Notes under the pieces: generated by a model
Database searches by the model: none
What the model saw: the letters and a program-made list of their open reading frames with translations, nothing else
What the model was told of the DNA's origin: nothing
Part shown: positions 36,956-45,444 of the stretch, in pieces
Layout of the letters: the number at the start of each line of letters is the position of its first letter
Position numbering within the stretch: the first letter of the stretch is position 1
Made by a program: the position numbers and the translations under genes
From: Candidatus Bathyarchaeia archaeon
GTDB taxonomy: Archaea; Thermoproteota; Bathyarchaeia; Bathyarchaeales; Bathycorpusculaceae
Assembly: GCA_038848525.1 (NCBI GenBank)
Contig: JAWCNN010000004.1
Coordinates: 11,595-75,594 of the forward strand
Direction: 5' to 3'
Length of the DNA stretch: 64,000 bases

Positions 36956-39418
36956 TTAATATTCACTTACAAAACTTATTTCTGGATAATCCTTAACCGT
37001 TCTGCCCACGCCCTTTTCCGCTAAAATTTCAAGCTTCAAAATTTTGCATGTCCCAGCAATATCATTCTTGCTTTGGCTGAGGGCTTCCGCATTCTCGCTG
37101 TTTCCAGCGTAAATTTTCACTTTCGCTATTTCCATGTTCAACGGCTTTCGCCTCTCAGCTTTTTCCCGTCTAATCTCTGTTATAACGGCTATTACCAAAT
37201 CGCCCTTCCTTTCAGCCTCCTCATCTATCCTTTTCAGGTCTGGTTCAGGCCAAGGCGTCAGTTGTAGGCTTTTTACGCCCACATCTCCAGCATACATTAT
37301 CTGGTAAATTTCCTCTGTTATGTGTGGTGTTATCGGCGCCAACAACTGAATTACACGGTATAAAACATTGTAAAGCGTGCATTGAACAGCTTTTCTCTGC
37401 GTTTCTCCGTACCTTTCAGGCTTGTAAAGTCTATCCTTAACCGCTTCAATGTATTGGTCGCAAAATACATGCCACGTGAAATTGCGCACTTCCTCAACGG
37501 CAATGTTGAATTGGCACTTTTCCAAGGCTTCTGTAACCTTCTGCGTCAACTTTTCAATTTTGCTAAGAACCCACCTGTCCAAAAGCTGCAGTTCAAATTT
37601 TTCGCCGATTTTATAGTCTTCAAGCTGAACGCTTACGAATCTTGCAGCATTCCAAAGTTTAGTTAGGAAGCGTCTGCCATATTCCACATCTGACCAGCGG
37701 AATGGAATGTCTGAGCCTGTTGCTCCTCCAGCTGCAGCCCACTGCCTCGTGGCGTCTGTTCCATACTTGTCCAGCACTTCTGGCGCTGCAACATAATTTT
37801 TGAGGGATTTGCTCATTTTTCTGCCGTCTGAACCTAAAACCATGCCGTTTATTAAACAGCTTTTGTAAGGCGTCTCTTCGAAGAGGGCTAGGTGCCTAAC
37901 CATTAAGTAATAAGCCCAAGTTCTTATAATGTCTACGCCTGAAGGATGCAAATCAGCTGGAAAAAGCCTTCGCCAGTCTTCACGGTCTGGCCAGCCAGCA
38001 TGCACAGCGCATGTGATGGATGAGTCCATCCAAGTGTCGAAAACGTCTTGTTCTGGAATGAAATCTTTGCCTCCGCATTTTGGACACTTGCCAATTCTTG
38101 GATTTTCAAGTTTGGGGTCTATGGGAACCCAGCTTTCCTCCGCCAAAATTGTTTCGCCACAGTTTTTGCAGTACCATACTGGTATGGGCGTTGCGAAAAT
38201 GCGTTGGCGACTTATAACCCAATCCCAATCCAACGAACGCGCCCAATCTATTAAGCGGGTTTTCATGTAATCTGGATACCAAATCACTTTGTTTGCTGTC
38301 TCCTCCACCTTATCCGTTAAAATGCGAGTCTTCATAAACCACTGTTTACGTTCAAGAATCTCGACGGGTGTTCCACATCTTTGGCATACGCCTATTTCTT
38401 GCCTAAGCCTTTCAGTTTTTTCAAGCAAACCTTCAGCCTTAAGGTCTTGAACTATGGCTTCCTTCGCCTCTTTTATGGTTAATCCAGCATATTTTCCGCC
38501 GTTCTCGTTTAGCCTTCCATTCTCCGTTAAAATTGTAATTACTGGAAGCTTATGCCTAATCACGGTTTTCACGTCTTCTTTGTCGCCGTAAGTGCATATC
38601 ATAACAACGCCCGTACCGAAAGACGGGTCAACACCTTCGTCCGCTATTATCTCAACCGTGCGGTTAACAACTGGAACAACAATTTTTCTGCCAATATACG
38701 TCTTAAACCTGTCGTCCATGGGGTTAACAGCAACCGCCACACAAGCGGATATGAACTCTGGACGTGTTGTGGCTATTAACAAGTGTTCTTTACAACTTTC
38801 CAACGGAAACTTGATGTAGTGTAAGGCGCCCTCCCGCTCTTCATATTCAACCTCAGCATCCGCAATAGCTGTTTCACAACGAGAACACCAATTCACTGGA
38901 TGTGTACCCTGATAAACAAAGCCTTTCTTATACAAAATTATGAAGCTAAGCTGAGTGCGCCTCCAATAGTCCGAGTCCATCGTGCGGTATTCCGTTGTCC
39001 AATCAACACTGCAACCCAAACGTTTCACGCCTTCCTTCATCATTGCAATATACTTTTCAACAAGCGCCTTACACAACTCACGAAACTTGTCTGGAGGAAA
39101 ATCCCTCTTACGTATGTTATGTTCACGTTCCACTTGCACTTCAACGCTTAAGCCGTGGCAGTCCCAACCCTGCGGAAAATAGACATTATAGCCTCTCATA
39201 CGCTTATAACGAGCGACAATATCAAAGTAAGTCCAGTTTAAAACGTTTCCCATGTGAAACTCGCCAGAAGGATAAGGCGGAGGCGTATCAATGCTGAAAG
39301 TTGGACGTTGCCTATCCTCCCAATCAAAACGGTAAATGCCCATATCTTCCCAAAGCTTCTGCCACTTCCGCTCAACAGCAACAGCGTCAAACTCTTTAGG
39401 CAAAGCCTTCATAACCAA
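36956..39418 (-). CDS. valS: valine--tRNA ligase
   Basis: 820 aa class-I aaRS. It has an HIGH-like motif (PSGEFHMGNV), KMSKS, and YKRMRGYNVYFPQGWDCHGL, which is typical of archaeal ValRS. Confidence 0.9.
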   Translation of the reverse strand: MVMKALPKEFDAVAVERKWQKLWEDMGIYRFDWEDRQRPTFSIDTPPPYPSGEFHMGNVLNWTYFDIVARYKRMRGYNVYFPQGWDCHGLSVEVQVEREHNIRKRDFPPDKFRELCKALVEKYIAMMKEGVKRLGCSVDWTTEYRTMDSDYWRRTQLSFIILYKKGFVYQGTHPVNWCSRCETAIADAEVEYEEREGALHYIKFPLESCKEHLLIATTRPEFISACVAVAVNPMDDRFKTYIGRKIVVPVVNRTVEIIADEGVDPSFGTGVVMICTYGDKEDVKTVIRHKLPVITILTENGRLNENGGKYAGLTIKEAKEAIVQDLKAEGLLEKTERLRQEIGVCQRCGTPVEILERKQWFMKTRILTDKVEETANKVIWYPDYMKTRLIDWARSLDWDWVISRQRIFATPIPVWYCKNCGETILAEESWVPIDPKLENPRIGKCPKCGGKDFIPEQDVFDTWMDSSITCAVHAGWPDREDWRRLFPADLHPSGVDIIRTWAYYLMVRHLALFEETPYKSCLINGMVLGSDGRKMSKSLKNYVAAPEVLDKYGTDATRQWAAAGGATGSDIPFRWSDVEYGRRFLTKLWNAARFVSVQLEDYKIGEKFELQLLDRWVLSKIEKLTQKVTEALEKCQFNIAVEEVRNFTWHVFCDQYIEAVKDRLYKPERYGETQRKAVQCTLYNVLYRVIQLLAPITPHITEEIYQIMYAGDVGVKSLQLTPWPEPDLKRIDEEAERKGDLVIAVITEIRREKAERRKPLNMEIAKVKIYAGNSENAEALSQSKNDIAGTCKILKLEILAEKGVGRTVKDYPEISFVSEY

Positions 39419-39523
39419 ACCACTTCAACTTTTAGGAAAGATAAATACACACCTAAAAAGCATTCTGGATGTTTTATAATTTTCCAATGTGTAGAAAAGG
39501 AGAAGATAGAGTTATGTTTGTGT

Positions 39524-42500
39524 TTACCATGCTTTTCCATAGTTTTTCTTTATTTCCAGTATGTCTTGTAGGTCAACTACTCCGTTGCCCATCACTGGCG
39601 TAGTTGGGGATATGTCGCATGTGAAGTCCCAGTTTGAATGGCCAGGATAGCTACCATAGGCTTTTTTGGCGGTTAACATGTCTTTTAGTTCGACTTTGTG
39701 GTTGTTGTCTATGTCTGCGTAGGCGCCTGGCGCCGATGAGCCTAAAGCCAACAATAGGAAGTGTAGGTTAGCGGTTTGGCTACTTCCACCATAGGGGCTG
39801 CACGGCAAGAACGGATGATTTTGATGCGGCCAACGAACCCAGTATGTGTCCAAGTATATGTACCAGTCCGGGTGTCCTGCTGTTGGGATCATGGGCATTT
39901 CGCTTCCGATGATTTCTTGGATTTTGTTGGCTATTTCTTGTCTCGTTTTGCCTGGTGGTGGAGTGTCGAGTTGGGCTAGTAACTGCACAAGCGTTGAGTT
40001 TCTGTAGTCACCGTAGTGACTCCAGCATCCAGCTGTTCCCATGAACATTTGGCTGTAACGTTCGTACATGTCGCCGTTTATGCCCCAGTGCATACAGTAA
40101 TGGCTAAAATCAAAGTCCAAGGCATTCATCATGTTTACGTAAGTGGGCTGGTCAGGAAATTCGGCTACAAGCGTTATGCCAAGCAAATTGGTTACGTTGT
40201 CAGCTATAATTTGGGTTATTCCGTTGATATCCGTCCATCCGTAAACATCTATAATTGTCCACGGACCAAGCGCCACGTTCACGCCTGGATACTCGGGCAG
40301 TTCATCCGCTTCTTCAAATCCGTTTTCATACCAGTATTGAGCTGGATGTGTTACTTTGCCTACAGTGAGGTCTACGTTGTCCGCTAAGTACTCTTCAAGC
40401 CAATCCATGTTTGGACCGCTCTTTGTATACCAAGTGCCGTTTACTTTAATGCAGTAATTATTTAAGGTTAGAAGCCCCAGCGCGAGGTTGTAGGAAATGC
40501 GATATTTGTCTTCAATAGTCGTGTTAAGATATTGTCGGGCAACCGTATCATCTGCTGGAATGTACAATGGACTAGCGGGTTTCAAGTACTCGCTTGAAGC
40601 CTGATTAAAAAGTGTAAAGTTAAACACGTAGGCAATAGCCTTGTGAAGCCAAGGTTCATTCAATGGATATTTACGGTGGTTTGGAACTATTATTTTGGTT
40701 GCCTTGTCTATGAAATATGGCGGGTTATTAAGGTAAGTGCGCAAATGCCAAACTGGAATATAGTTGCCGTCCCAGTCGATTTCTCCACTTGCGAAGCCAG
40801 GATATATATCCTCGTTCTTTTCATAATTGTAATATCCAAGATATTCAATTGCGGATTGTTTGCCTATGACGTGTTTACCCCACCATAACGGATTCTTCTT
40901 CATAATCGTGTATTTGGGCCATTCAGCGGTCTGATGAACCCATGGTAGAAACATTCCAGAGGCTACTCTCCAGCAACCATTCAACTCCGGCGGTAAATAA
41001 TCTATTAAATGCGGTGCATTAGGATGTTGTTCTTCTAGGGGTAGTGTCCAATCGTTTTTAAAGTTTGGTATCCAGCCGCCTGCCCAATCATCCGCCCATC
41101 TTTCAATTGCTTTCCAAAGGTCTGCTGGCACTATAAGGTAAGAACGAGTCAAACTTCTCCAAACAACTGAACTCCACATACATTCGGTTTTTATTCGCAC
41201 ATAAAAGACCCAGTCGCTTTCAATCACAAAGTTGTCTATTGAACCTACTCTCTCCTTAAAATCGCCCATGTGCCAGTACTTTCCACCCGGCGATTCGTCG
41301 AATGCTCCGTAAAGGTAAAAGCTATATTTAACATCCTCAGCTGTTATGGGTCTATAATACTGAAAACCACCTGTGCCAGCCTGCCAAGCATCCCAATCTG
41401 TAATTTTAACCCAACAAGCGTCACGGCGAAGCACCACTTTTATACATGTGCTGTTAACCCACTCGATACTTTCGCCAAGCCAATTAATAAGTTGACCACT
41501 TACAACATCAGTTCCAAACATCGGTTCATACATTATATAAGTGTCCCAGCTTTGACCCCAATCCATAATGGCTGGGCAATAACCTACTGTTGGATCAGGC
41601 CAATAACCGCAGCCCCAAAGGGTGTTCTCTCTTGACTGAGGCGGCGGCGCTGGCGAATATGTAAAGGTTGCTTGTAAAGTGTGATTTGTGTTCATTGTTA
41701 TATTTATTGGATTTTCTGAACTGTGGAGTACACCGTCGATTTCCCAATGGTTAAATATATAATTGGCGTAAGGAACAGCTGTGACGGAAACAATTGTTTC
41801 GGATGGGTACAAGTATGTTCCAGGCTGTGGATCAGTTGTTCCACCTGCAGAAGTGGAAATTTTCAAAGAATAAAGGATTGGCGCATATTTAAATACGGCA
41901 AGTAATGTGCTATTTGCAATCACGGGTATTTGTATCGGGTTAAGCGCTCCTTTGTTAACACCGTCCAGTTCCCAATGGTCAAGTGCATAATTAATGTAGG
42001 GTACGGCAGTAACATTCACAATGGTTCCGTAAGTACAAGTGTATGTTCCAGGCGGTGGATCAGTTGTTCCCTCAGTTGCTGCACCGATAGTTAATGTGCA
42101 TTGTTTTAAGCTGAACACTGCATGTAACATATGATAATCATTAAAGGTCACACTTATTGGATTGGCATTAACACTCTCACCATCAAAAACCCAGTGATCA
42201 AAGTAACGTCCAACACCGGGTATGGCGGTGACATCTACCACTGCTCCAACAGGGTATGTGTAAATTCCAGGCGCGGGATTAGTTGCTCCATCAATCATTG
42301 ATGCGATTGTCAGCGTATAAGCGGGTATAAATACTGCGTGTAACGTGTGGTTAACACTCATAGAGATAGTTATTGGATTAACAGTAATGTTCTCACCATC
42401 AAAAACCCAGTGACTAAACACGTAATTTGTGTCTGGTAGGGCTGTAACGCTTACCATGGTTCCCGCAGGATAAGAATATACTCCCGTGGATGGGCTTGTC

Positions 42501-45298
42501 GTTCCGCCTTGTGTTGTGGTGATTGCCAACTCGTATGAAATAGTCGGTGGGCTAATTATAACTGTATCATCAATTAAGACGTTGTCAGCCAGGTTGGCTT
42601 CGCCTGGTGCTTGAGTAACTACAGCGCTAATCACATATTCTCCTGAAATGAATGTTGCTGTGTTCCAGTTAAAAGTCAGCGTTGTCATGGCTGAAGATGT
42701 CAAGTTTGAAAAAGTTTTGCTTCCTATTATTGTCGAATTAGCATATACGGTAACTCCGAAGGCTTCGCGGAGTGTTCCCTTATTTAGGACTGTAACGTTA
42801 ACCTTTATTGTATTCCCTTGAATGACATTAGACGCTGAGGTAACAACGTTAACCACAGCTAGGTCATGTCTTGGAGTTACGTGAATGAATTTGTTTCCGT
42901 AGAATATGCAGCTGATAACGTATGAGTATGGATCACCCGTAAAGTTTTCTGTCTGTTCTTGTGGGTGATAGGCAAACCCTTCCACAAGCCCCTTGCCATA
43001 TGGAAAGTAAAAAGCCAAAGTTCTGTTGGCTCTGTCATACTCTGAAGTTTCCATTACCACCCTTACTACAGTTTTATTTAAAACTTCATCAACAAGTACT
43101 CCGCCATGCATTAGATAGATTTTTGTGATATATGGAAAAGTGGCTGGATATTGACTTGGAAATTCAGGTGAAAATTTATATAATGGCGGATTATGGACAC
43201 GTACATTGCCAACCCAATCCAAATTACCCGTAACAAAATGTACATAACCCGGAAATACCCGAGACAAGTCCATAAGTGCAACATCAGTGAATATAACTTC
43301 GCCTCCACCAGCAACGAAGAGTGTTAAATTGCCTATCACATTAGTAGGAGTTGCACCGAACCATCCCGGACAGTCAATAACAACCAAATCGAAATCGTGA
43401 AATATTGTTGCATTATTGCTAGCGACGCTGCGGGTTACAAGCGTGTATGGTATTTTCATTTGGTTCAAAGTGTCTTCGGTGTGTCCCCATTCTCCATAAA
43501 CAACTAGTACTTTTGTAGGTTTATCGACGATGGACAGTTGATCTGAATAAGCACTGAAAGGCTCTGTTAACTTATCAACAGTAACGTTTGGAAAACGCAG
43601 CTTTATATTTTCAACAATGTATCCATGCACTGGCGGTACAAGAATAACTCCGCCAGAGTAAATGTTTCCTCCGGGGTATTTTATGGTTTTTAATGCTATG
43701 CTTGGTGGTTTTATAATTCGGTATATTGTGGCTCCACTATTTAAGATTGACCATACAAAACCATAAATTGAAACATTTTGCGTTGTCAAAATGTTTTGTT
43801 TTTCATCCATTGGTATGACGTAAGTGCCGCTTGGGAATGAGTATATGGTAGGCTTTGTTGTTGGGAGATAATTTCCCGTTCGCATGGCATCATGCCTAAA
43901 CATTGGCCATTCAACAGCGTAGGGTGTTACTTTAGAACTTTTATCTTCAAGTGCATAGAGAGTTGCTGTCCAATCATAAAAGATTATTTCAAGTCTGCCG
44001 TCACCGTCAATGTCTGCGACGCTGGGCGAAACGGTAATGGAAGCGGTCTCATATAAGTCAATAAGCGAACCATTTAAAGCATCCAGCAAATACAAAGCAC
44101 CAGAACCAACTGAGCTGTTATATAAACTGCCAGAGCCGATGTAAATACCAACGTTTACACCTCGATTTGCAATAGCAAGCGACGAATAAATTGGTTTACC
44201 AGTATCATAAGCCCATTGAAGATTTCCATTTGCATCCAAAGCGTAAATTCGACCGTCCAATGACCCAACATAAATTGTAGAAACATAAACAACTGGAGAT
44301 GAATACACAGGTGCACTTGTTCGGAACATCCATTGAAGAGAACCTGTAGCACCATCTAAACAGTAAAGGTATCCATCTAAGGATCCGATAATAACCTCAA
44401 AGGCAGAATCACCATCAAGATTAGCCAGAGCAGCAGACGAGTAAACGGCGCTTCCGATTTGATAACTCCATTTAAGATCACCTGTTCTACCATTTAAAAC
44501 ATAAACTTTGCCATCTTCAGATCCGATCACCACTTCAATTAGTTCATCATTGTCAATGTCGCCTAAAACTGGTGAAGCTAGCACTGGACCGTCTGTTTGG
44601 AACTTCCATAAAACATCCCAGTCTATCCCTTCCGTTCCACCATATATCCACGGATCTGTAACGGTGATACCCTCATTCACATAATCGAAATTTTCTCCAT
44701 CAAAAGCCCAAACATTTCCATAACTGTCACCTACTACTATTTCAAGTCCGCTTATAGACGGGTCTATATCAGCCGCTGCTGGCGATGAATGCCATAAAAA
44801 GTAGGCTCCAGCCATAGGCGGTGATGGAAATGTCCATACAAAGTTGCCATATCGATCAATAGCTTCAACGTTGATTCCGCTTGTACCGCCAACAATTTCG
44901 AGGTAACCGTCTTTATTAATGTCGGCTAACGCCGGAGAACTTTTTGATGCGTCCGCTTCCGTGTCTTTAGCCCATATGCAACTGCCAGAAGCGTTGAGAA
45001 TACGCCAAATTCCATAGGCTGAACGCCCAAGTTCAGGATACCAGTTTATGCACTCGTCACTTCCAACAATAATTTCAAGTCCGGCTACATCACCGCGTAT
45101 ATCTCCAATAGCCGGAGAAGAACCAAAATATCCCCACTCACAGAAACTTTGTAGTTTATAAGTCCATTCGGGGGCCAAGATGCTGGAAGGGTTGGGGTTT
45201 ACAATGTATGTTGAAGCGAATGTGGAAAATAATAAAATTGTAAGAACTATAATGGGTGATAGTTTTTTCATAGTAGTCCTTTCTCCTCTAAATAGCAC
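39524..45298 (-). CDS. giant secreted multidomain protein, 1924 aa
   Basis: Approximate domain map from motifs, by residue:
- Signal-like N-terminus, 1-31.
- FG-GAP/PQQ-like beta-propeller, 60-450 (GDIDNDELIEVVIGSEDGKVYVLNG and similar).
- Unassigned alpha/beta region, 480-805.
- CARDB, 808-915.
- Four B-repeats, 921-1212.
- SBP_bac_5-like domain, 1225-1835 (ITAEDVKYSF; VPNHRKYPLNEPWLHKAIAYVFN).
- Dockerin-like module, 1858-1924. Confidence 0.8.
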   Translation of the reverse strand: MLFRGERTTMKKLSPIIVLTILLFSTFASTYIVNPNPSSILAPEWTYKLQSFCEWGYFGSSPAIGDIRGDVAGLEIIVGSDECINWYPELGRSAYGIWRILNASGSCIWAKDTEADASKSSPALADINKDGYLEIVGGTSGINVEAIDRYGNFVWTFPSPPMAGAYFLWHSSPAAADIDPSISGLEIVVGDSYGNVWAFDGENFDYVNEGITVTDPWIYGGTEGIDWDVLWKFQTDGPVLASPVLGDIDNDELIEVVIGSEDGKVYVLNGRTGDLKWSYQIGSAVYSSAALANLDGDSAFEVIIGSLDGYLYCLDGATGSLQWMFRTSAPVYSSPVVYVSTIYVGSLDGRIYALDANGNLQWAYDTGKPIYSSLAIANRGVNVGIYIGSGSLYNSSVGSGALYLLDALNGSLIDLYETASITVSPSVADIDGDGRLEIIFYDWTATLYALEDKSSKVTPYAVEWPMFRHDAMRTGNYLPTTKPTIYSFPSGTYVIPMDEKQNILTTQNVSIYGFVWSILNSGATIYRIIKPPSIALKTIKYPGGNIYSGGVILVPPVHGYIVENIKLRFPNVTVDKLTEPFSAYSDQLSIVDKPTKVLVVYGEWGHTEDTLNQMKIPYTLVTRSVASNNATIFHDFDLVVIDCPGWFGATPTNVIGNLTLFVAGGGEVIFTDVALMDLSRVFPGYVHFVTGNLDWVGNVRVHNPPLYKFSPEFPSQYPATFPYITKIYLMHGGVLVDEVLNKTVVRVVMETSEYDRANRTLAFYFPYGKGLVEGFAYHPQEQTENFTGDPYSYVISCIFYGNKFIHVTPRHDLAVVNVVTSASNVIQGNTIKVNVTVLNKGTLREAFGVTVYANSTIIGSKTFSNLTSSAMTTLTFNWNTATFISGEYVISAVVTQAPGEANLADNVLIDDTVIISPPTISYELAITTTQGGTTSPSTGVYSYPAGTMVSVTALPDTNYVFSHWVFDGENITVNPITISMSVNHTLHAVFIPAYTLTIASMIDGATNPAPGIYTYPVGAVVDVTAIPGVGRYFDHWVFDGESVNANPISVTFNDYHMLHAVFSLKQCTLTIGAATEGTTDPPPGTYTCTYGTIVNVTAVPYINYALDHWELDGVNKGALNPIQIPVIANSTLLAVFKYAPILYSLKISTSAGGTTDPQPGTYLYPSETIVSVTAVPYANYIFNHWEIDGVLHSSENPINITMNTNHTLQATFTYSPAPPPQSRENTLWGCGYWPDPTVGYCPAIMDWGQSWDTYIMYEPMFGTDVVSGQLINWLGESIEWVNSTCIKVVLRRDACWVKITDWDAWQAGTGGFQYYRPITAEDVKYSFYLYGAFDESPGGKYWHMGDFKERVGSIDNFVIESDWVFYVRIKTECMWSSVVWRSLTRSYLIVPADLWKAIERWADDWAGGWIPNFKNDWTLPLEEQHPNAPHLIDYLPPELNGCWRVASGMFLPWVHQTAEWPKYTIMKKNPLWWGKHVIGKQSAIEYLGYYNYEKNEDIYPGFASGEIDWDGNYIPVWHLRTYLNNPPYFIDKATKIIVPNHRKYPLNEPWLHKAIAYVFNFTLFNQASSEYLKPASPLYIPADDTVARQYLNTTIEDKYRISYNLALGLLTLNNYCIKVNGTWYTKSGPNMDWLEEYLADNVDLTVGKVTHPAQYWYENGFEEADELPEYPGVNVALGPWTIIDVYGWTDINGITQIIADNVTNLLGITLVAEFPDQPTYVNMMNALDFDFSHYCMHWGINGDMYERYSQMFMGTAGCWSHYGDYRNSTLVQLLAQLDTPPPGKTRQEIANKIQEIIGSEMPMIPTAGHPDWYIYLDTYWVRWPHQNHPFLPCSPYGGSSQTANLHFLLLALGSSAPGAYADIDNNHKVELKDMLTAKKAYGSYPGHSNWDFTCDISPTTPVMGNGVVDLQDILEIKKNYGKAW
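39698..39845 (-). repeat. 148-bp tract identical to 45640..45787 in the neighbouring paralog
   Basis: Base-by-base comparison of the two stretches shows no mismatch. Flanking coding sequence is clearly diverged. Confidence 0.95.
41663..42538 (-). repeat. four tandem ~70-aa protein repeats (InlB B-repeat / Listeria-Bacteroides repeat type) inside the 1924-aa gene
   Basis: Each unit reads like GGTTSPSTGVYSYPAGTMVSVTALPDTNYVFSHWVFDGENITVNPITISMSVNHTLHAVF. The four units are diverged at the DNA level. Confidence 0.6.
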
Positions 45299-45444
45299 CT
45301 AATAATTTAGTTGAGAAAATATATAAAGATTATGAAACAAATTTATAGTAAAATAATCCGTTAATTATTAGTAGATAATGAGGCTTCAATTGAGTTTCCT
45401 CTCCATTCAAAGAAAATGGGGAAGTGGAGGTTTGTGTTTTGGGT

